A DNA stretch of 64,000 bases, from contig CAWVRN010000011.1 in assembly GCA_963932905.1 (NCBI GenBank), positions 32,001 to 96,000 of the forward strand, given 5' to 3'. The notes under the pieces are model-generated. The model worked only from the letters and a program-made list of their open reading frames with translations, was not told where the DNA came from and searched no databases. Positions within the stretch are counted from its first letter, which is position 1; each line of letters starts with the position of its first letter. This DNA is from an uncultured Bdellovibrio sp. (GTDB taxonomy: Bacteria > Bdellovibrionota > Bdellovibrionia > Bdellovibrionales > Bdellovibrionaceae). The position numbers and the translations under genes were made by a program. Of this stretch, positions 61,409 through 64,000 are shown in pieces.

Positions 61409-61699
61409 TTAAGAGAGGAACCGGTGACTTTTCCACTGATTCATTTCTGACATAATTCCCTGTTGAGCTTTCTGGAACGAATTCAGAAGAGAAAAACCTG
61501 AACTTTCTGATTTAAAGTCTTTACATGACGCATTCACAGAAATGACTGCGTTGTAAGAACCGTCAGGTGTTTGCGCTACTTTGGCCTGAACGTACGAATC
61601 AGAGGGAGCTAATTCGTTGATGATGTTCAGGATATTAGAGCAAACTTGCTGTTCGCTTTTATTCGGAGTGAAGTGTTTATACCTTACTTGATTTTCCAT
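61409..61699 (-). CDS. HPF/RaiA-like small protein
   Basis: Size and alpha/beta pattern; RBS GAGGAGG. Confidence 0.5.
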   Translation of the reverse strand: MENQVRYKHFTPNKSEQQVCSNILNIINELAPSDSYVQAKVAQTPDGSYNAVISVNASCKDFKSESSGFSLLNSFQKAQQGIMSEMNQWKSHRFLS

Positions 61700-61741
61700 G
61701 GTTTCCTCCTCTATTCGTTGAACTTTCTGATGGCTTGTTAT

Positions 61742-62272
61742 TTATACCGCTCGAAATCCCGCAGTTTTACGTGTGATGAAATCGGCGATAGTTGTTAAAA
61801 TTTTATTTAGTGGCTGCGCTTTCGAAACGTGGCCTACGTAATTAAAGTGCTTAGTTTTTCTAAGTTTGCATTCTTCTTGCGCTGTCGAAGAGAACACGAC
61901 AACGGGAACTTCATTTTTATCCCATTCAATCGGTAATCCTGGCTCGTAAGCCATCGCTTGGTCCGCACGAAGTAGCGTTTCTTCACCGTTTAGTACTGGT
62001 AAATTCCAATCTAAAATAATTAGGTCATAATAACCTTCAATCATTTTGTTCATAGCTTCAAATGGATCTGAGGCTACGTCCACTCGGCAAGAGTACATTT
62101 TTTTAAGTCTTAATTGAATGACTTCGCTCATGTCGACGTCATCTTCAATAAGTAAGATTCGTTTTACTTTTCCAGCTACGGCTTGTCTGCGACCGAACAT
62201 TTTTTGGTATGTAGCTTTGAATACTGGCGATTCGAAAAGTTCCTTATTGTAAACCATATCTGCTGTGGACAT
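61742..62272 (-). CDS. Single-domain response regulator
   Basis: LIEDD; ILDWNLP. Confidence 0.8.
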   Translation of the reverse strand: MSTADMVYNKELFESPVFKATYQKMFGRRQAVAGKVKRILLIEDDVDMSEVIQLRLKKMYSCRVDVASDPFEAMNKMIEGYYDLIILDWNLPVLNGEETLLRADQAMAYEPGLPIEWDKNEVPVVVFSSTAQEECKLRKTKHFNYVGHVSKAQPLNKILTTIADFITRKTAGFRAV

Positions 62273-62342
62273 AGTGTTTCCCCCTAGTCTTTTGGTGATA
62301 AGCTTTTGCTCTTAGTTATTTTCTAGTTTCAATAACTAGTAG

Positions 62343-62358
62343 AGCAAAGCATGGGCCA
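62343..62358 (-). promoter_or_regulatory. sigma54 -24/-12 promoter of the response regulator gene
   Basis: Minus strand TGGCCCATGCTTTGCT (GG-N10-GC). Confidence 0.6.
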
Positions 62359-62432
62359 AGTGTGAGGAGTTAAAAAAAATAGCGAACGGAGAGTGTTTAG
62401 GACATAACACCCCAAACTGGGGGAATTATTCC

Positions 62433-62720
62433 CTACAATTCTGTCTTTTGTATATTTGCAACTGCCATACCAAAGTCCTGCACGGCTTTTTTGATCTCTT
62501 CGAGATTCTTTTCTTTGGCGGCTGCTTCCAGCGCAATTCCGATCGGAGACAAAACATCGAAGCCGAATGATTCTGCATTGCCTTTAACTTGATGCCCTAC
62601 TTTTTCTAAGAATGAGTAGTCGCCTGTTTCAATAGCTTTGTTGCATTCCGCGAAATCAGACAAACGGCGTTGAATATAAACAACTTTCATTTCGTGAGGT
62701 ATTTGATTACTAAAAGACAT
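62433..62720 (-). CDS. Hpt phosphotransfer protein
   Basis: GHQVKGNAESFG. Confidence 0.8.
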   Translation of the reverse strand: MSFSNQIPHEMKVVYIQRRLSDFAECNKAIETGDYSFLEKVGHQVKGNAESFGFDVLSPIGIALEAAAKEKNLEEIKKAVQDFGMAVANIQKTEL

Positions 62721-62752
62721 TGTATGCTCCTATGTGTTCCAGCAAATTGGAA

Positions 62753-64000
62753 TCAATGTTCCATTTCTTTAAGTCGTCTGTAAAGTGTTTTTCTGTCGAT
62801 CTGCAAGTCCTTAGCAGTTTTTTCTTTTACCCCCTGATTGATCTCAAGAGCGTAGCTAATATACTTATTGATCAACTCTTCCACTGACAGCAAGCGAGAT
62901 TGTGATATTCTGCTAAAATCAAATGCATTTTCCGTGCTAGTTTCTCGTGTGTCCGCATGATCGATTGGAATCACATCATCAGCTTCAATGCGATCTGTTT
63001 CAGCTAATACTAATGCGCGCTCAATCGAATTTTCAAGTTCGCGTACATTTCCCTTCCACGGGTGCTTGATCAATGCTTCTAAACAATCATTACTAAAATA
63101 TTTGCCACGAATGTTATTCAGCGCCGAGAATTTATTTAAGAAGAATTCGGCCAGGGGAATGATGTCCTCTTTGCGTTCTCTTAAAGGTGGAATCCAAATA
63201 GGGATCACATTTAAACGAAAGAACAAGTCTTCGCGGAAGTTTTTCTTTTCAACTTCTTCACGTAGATTTTTGTGAGTAGCACAAACAATGCGTGCGCGAA
63301 TTGGGCGGTATTGGTTTTCGCCGATACGCTTGATTTTACGTTCCTGAAGTACGCGAAGTAACTTAGCCTGTAGAGACAAGTTTAAATCACCGATTTCATC
63401 TAAGAATAATGTTCCACCATCGGCTTCCTCAAATAAACCGATTTTCTTTTCGGAAGCGCCTGTGAATGAGCCTTTTGCATGACCAAATAATTCCGATTCC
63501 AATAAGTTTTCAGGAATCGAAGCGCAGTTGATAGCAATAAATGGAAGTTTTTTACGAGGCCCTAGCACGTGAATTGTTTTAGCGATGATTTCTTTACCCG
63601 TTCCGCTTTCGCCTGAAATTAACACATTGGAACTTGATTGTGATACTCGGCGAGCTAAATCTAAAGCGTGCTTGATGCCTGGGCTTTTACCAATAACGCC
63701 TTCAAGACTTGTGGTGCCTTCTTGAAGTTTAACTACTGTTTTTAGCGTTTGGTTGTCTTGTTCCACACGAGCTAGGTGTAAAGCACGTTCAACCGATACG
63801 AGTAGTTGCGGGAAATGGATCGGCTTAACAACGAAATCGTAAGCTCCCGCGTGAATAGCTTCGACAGCAACTTCGACTTTTCTGTTGGCAGTTATCAATA
63901 TGATAGGAATTTGATTTCCCAAAGACTTCATTCGTTTTGTAAATTCAATACCAGAGATATTTGGCAAACTAAAATCAGTAACAATAACATCACAGTTTAA
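62753..64000 (-). CDS. NtrC-family sigma54-dependent response regulator (5' end beyond window)
   Basis: [31 protein letters not shown]; Fis-type HTH. Confidence 0.92.
   Translation of the reverse strand, partial: LNCDVIVTDFSLPNISGIEFTKRMKSLGNQIPIILITANRKVEVAVEAIHAGAYDFVVKPIHFPQLLVSVERALHLARVEQDNQTLKTVVKLQEGTTSLEGVIGKSPGIKHALDLARRVSQSSSNVLISGESGTGKEIIAKTIHVLGPRKKLPFIAINCASIPENLLESELFGHAKGSFTGASEKKIGLFEEADGGTLFLDEIGDLNLSLQAKLLRVLQERKIKRIGENQYRPIRARIVCATHKNLREEVEKKNFREDLFFRLNVIPIWIPPLRERKEDIIPLAEFFLNKFSALNNIRGKYFSNDCLEALIKHPWKGNVRELENSIERALVLAETDRIEADDVIPIDHADTRETSTENAFDFSRISQSRLLSVEELINKYISYALEINQGVKEKTAKDLQIDRKTLYRRLKEMEH

Overview
Bacterial chromosome; the gene content (TIGR02147 HTH, vWA/GLUG lipoproteins, dense hybrid kinases) suggests Bdellovibrionota, which is an inference. 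Bases 4136-32110 are a ~28 kb integrative element inserted in the 3' end of a minus-strand tRNA-Asp(GTC) at 32104-32180. It is bounded by a 9-bp direct core (ATTGGCGGG) and a perfect 18-bp inverted arm pair. It carries a large serine recombinase, FtsK-type ATPase, Replic_Relax-like protein, a VirB10-like fragment, two DNA methyltransferases, an Avs-like nuclease-NTPase-TPR protein, a HEPN-like protein and a teneurin-like RHS toxin with a candidate immunity lipoprotein. Main finding: the att core lies in-frame inside the integrase gene. The integrated form ends in a 32-aa tail read antisense through the tRNA. Circularisation would instead fuse it to a 160-aa HTH + second Recombinase-like domain at the other end of the element (763-aa protein). 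Bases 1-4135 look like the remains of an older related island at the same site. Bases 32200-64000 are ordinary chromosome: murB, cvfB, a DUF4178/DUF350/speE operon, ppk2, dps, a Cpx-like system and a sigma54-linked multi-kinase phosphorelay cluster with a poly-HAMP kinase.
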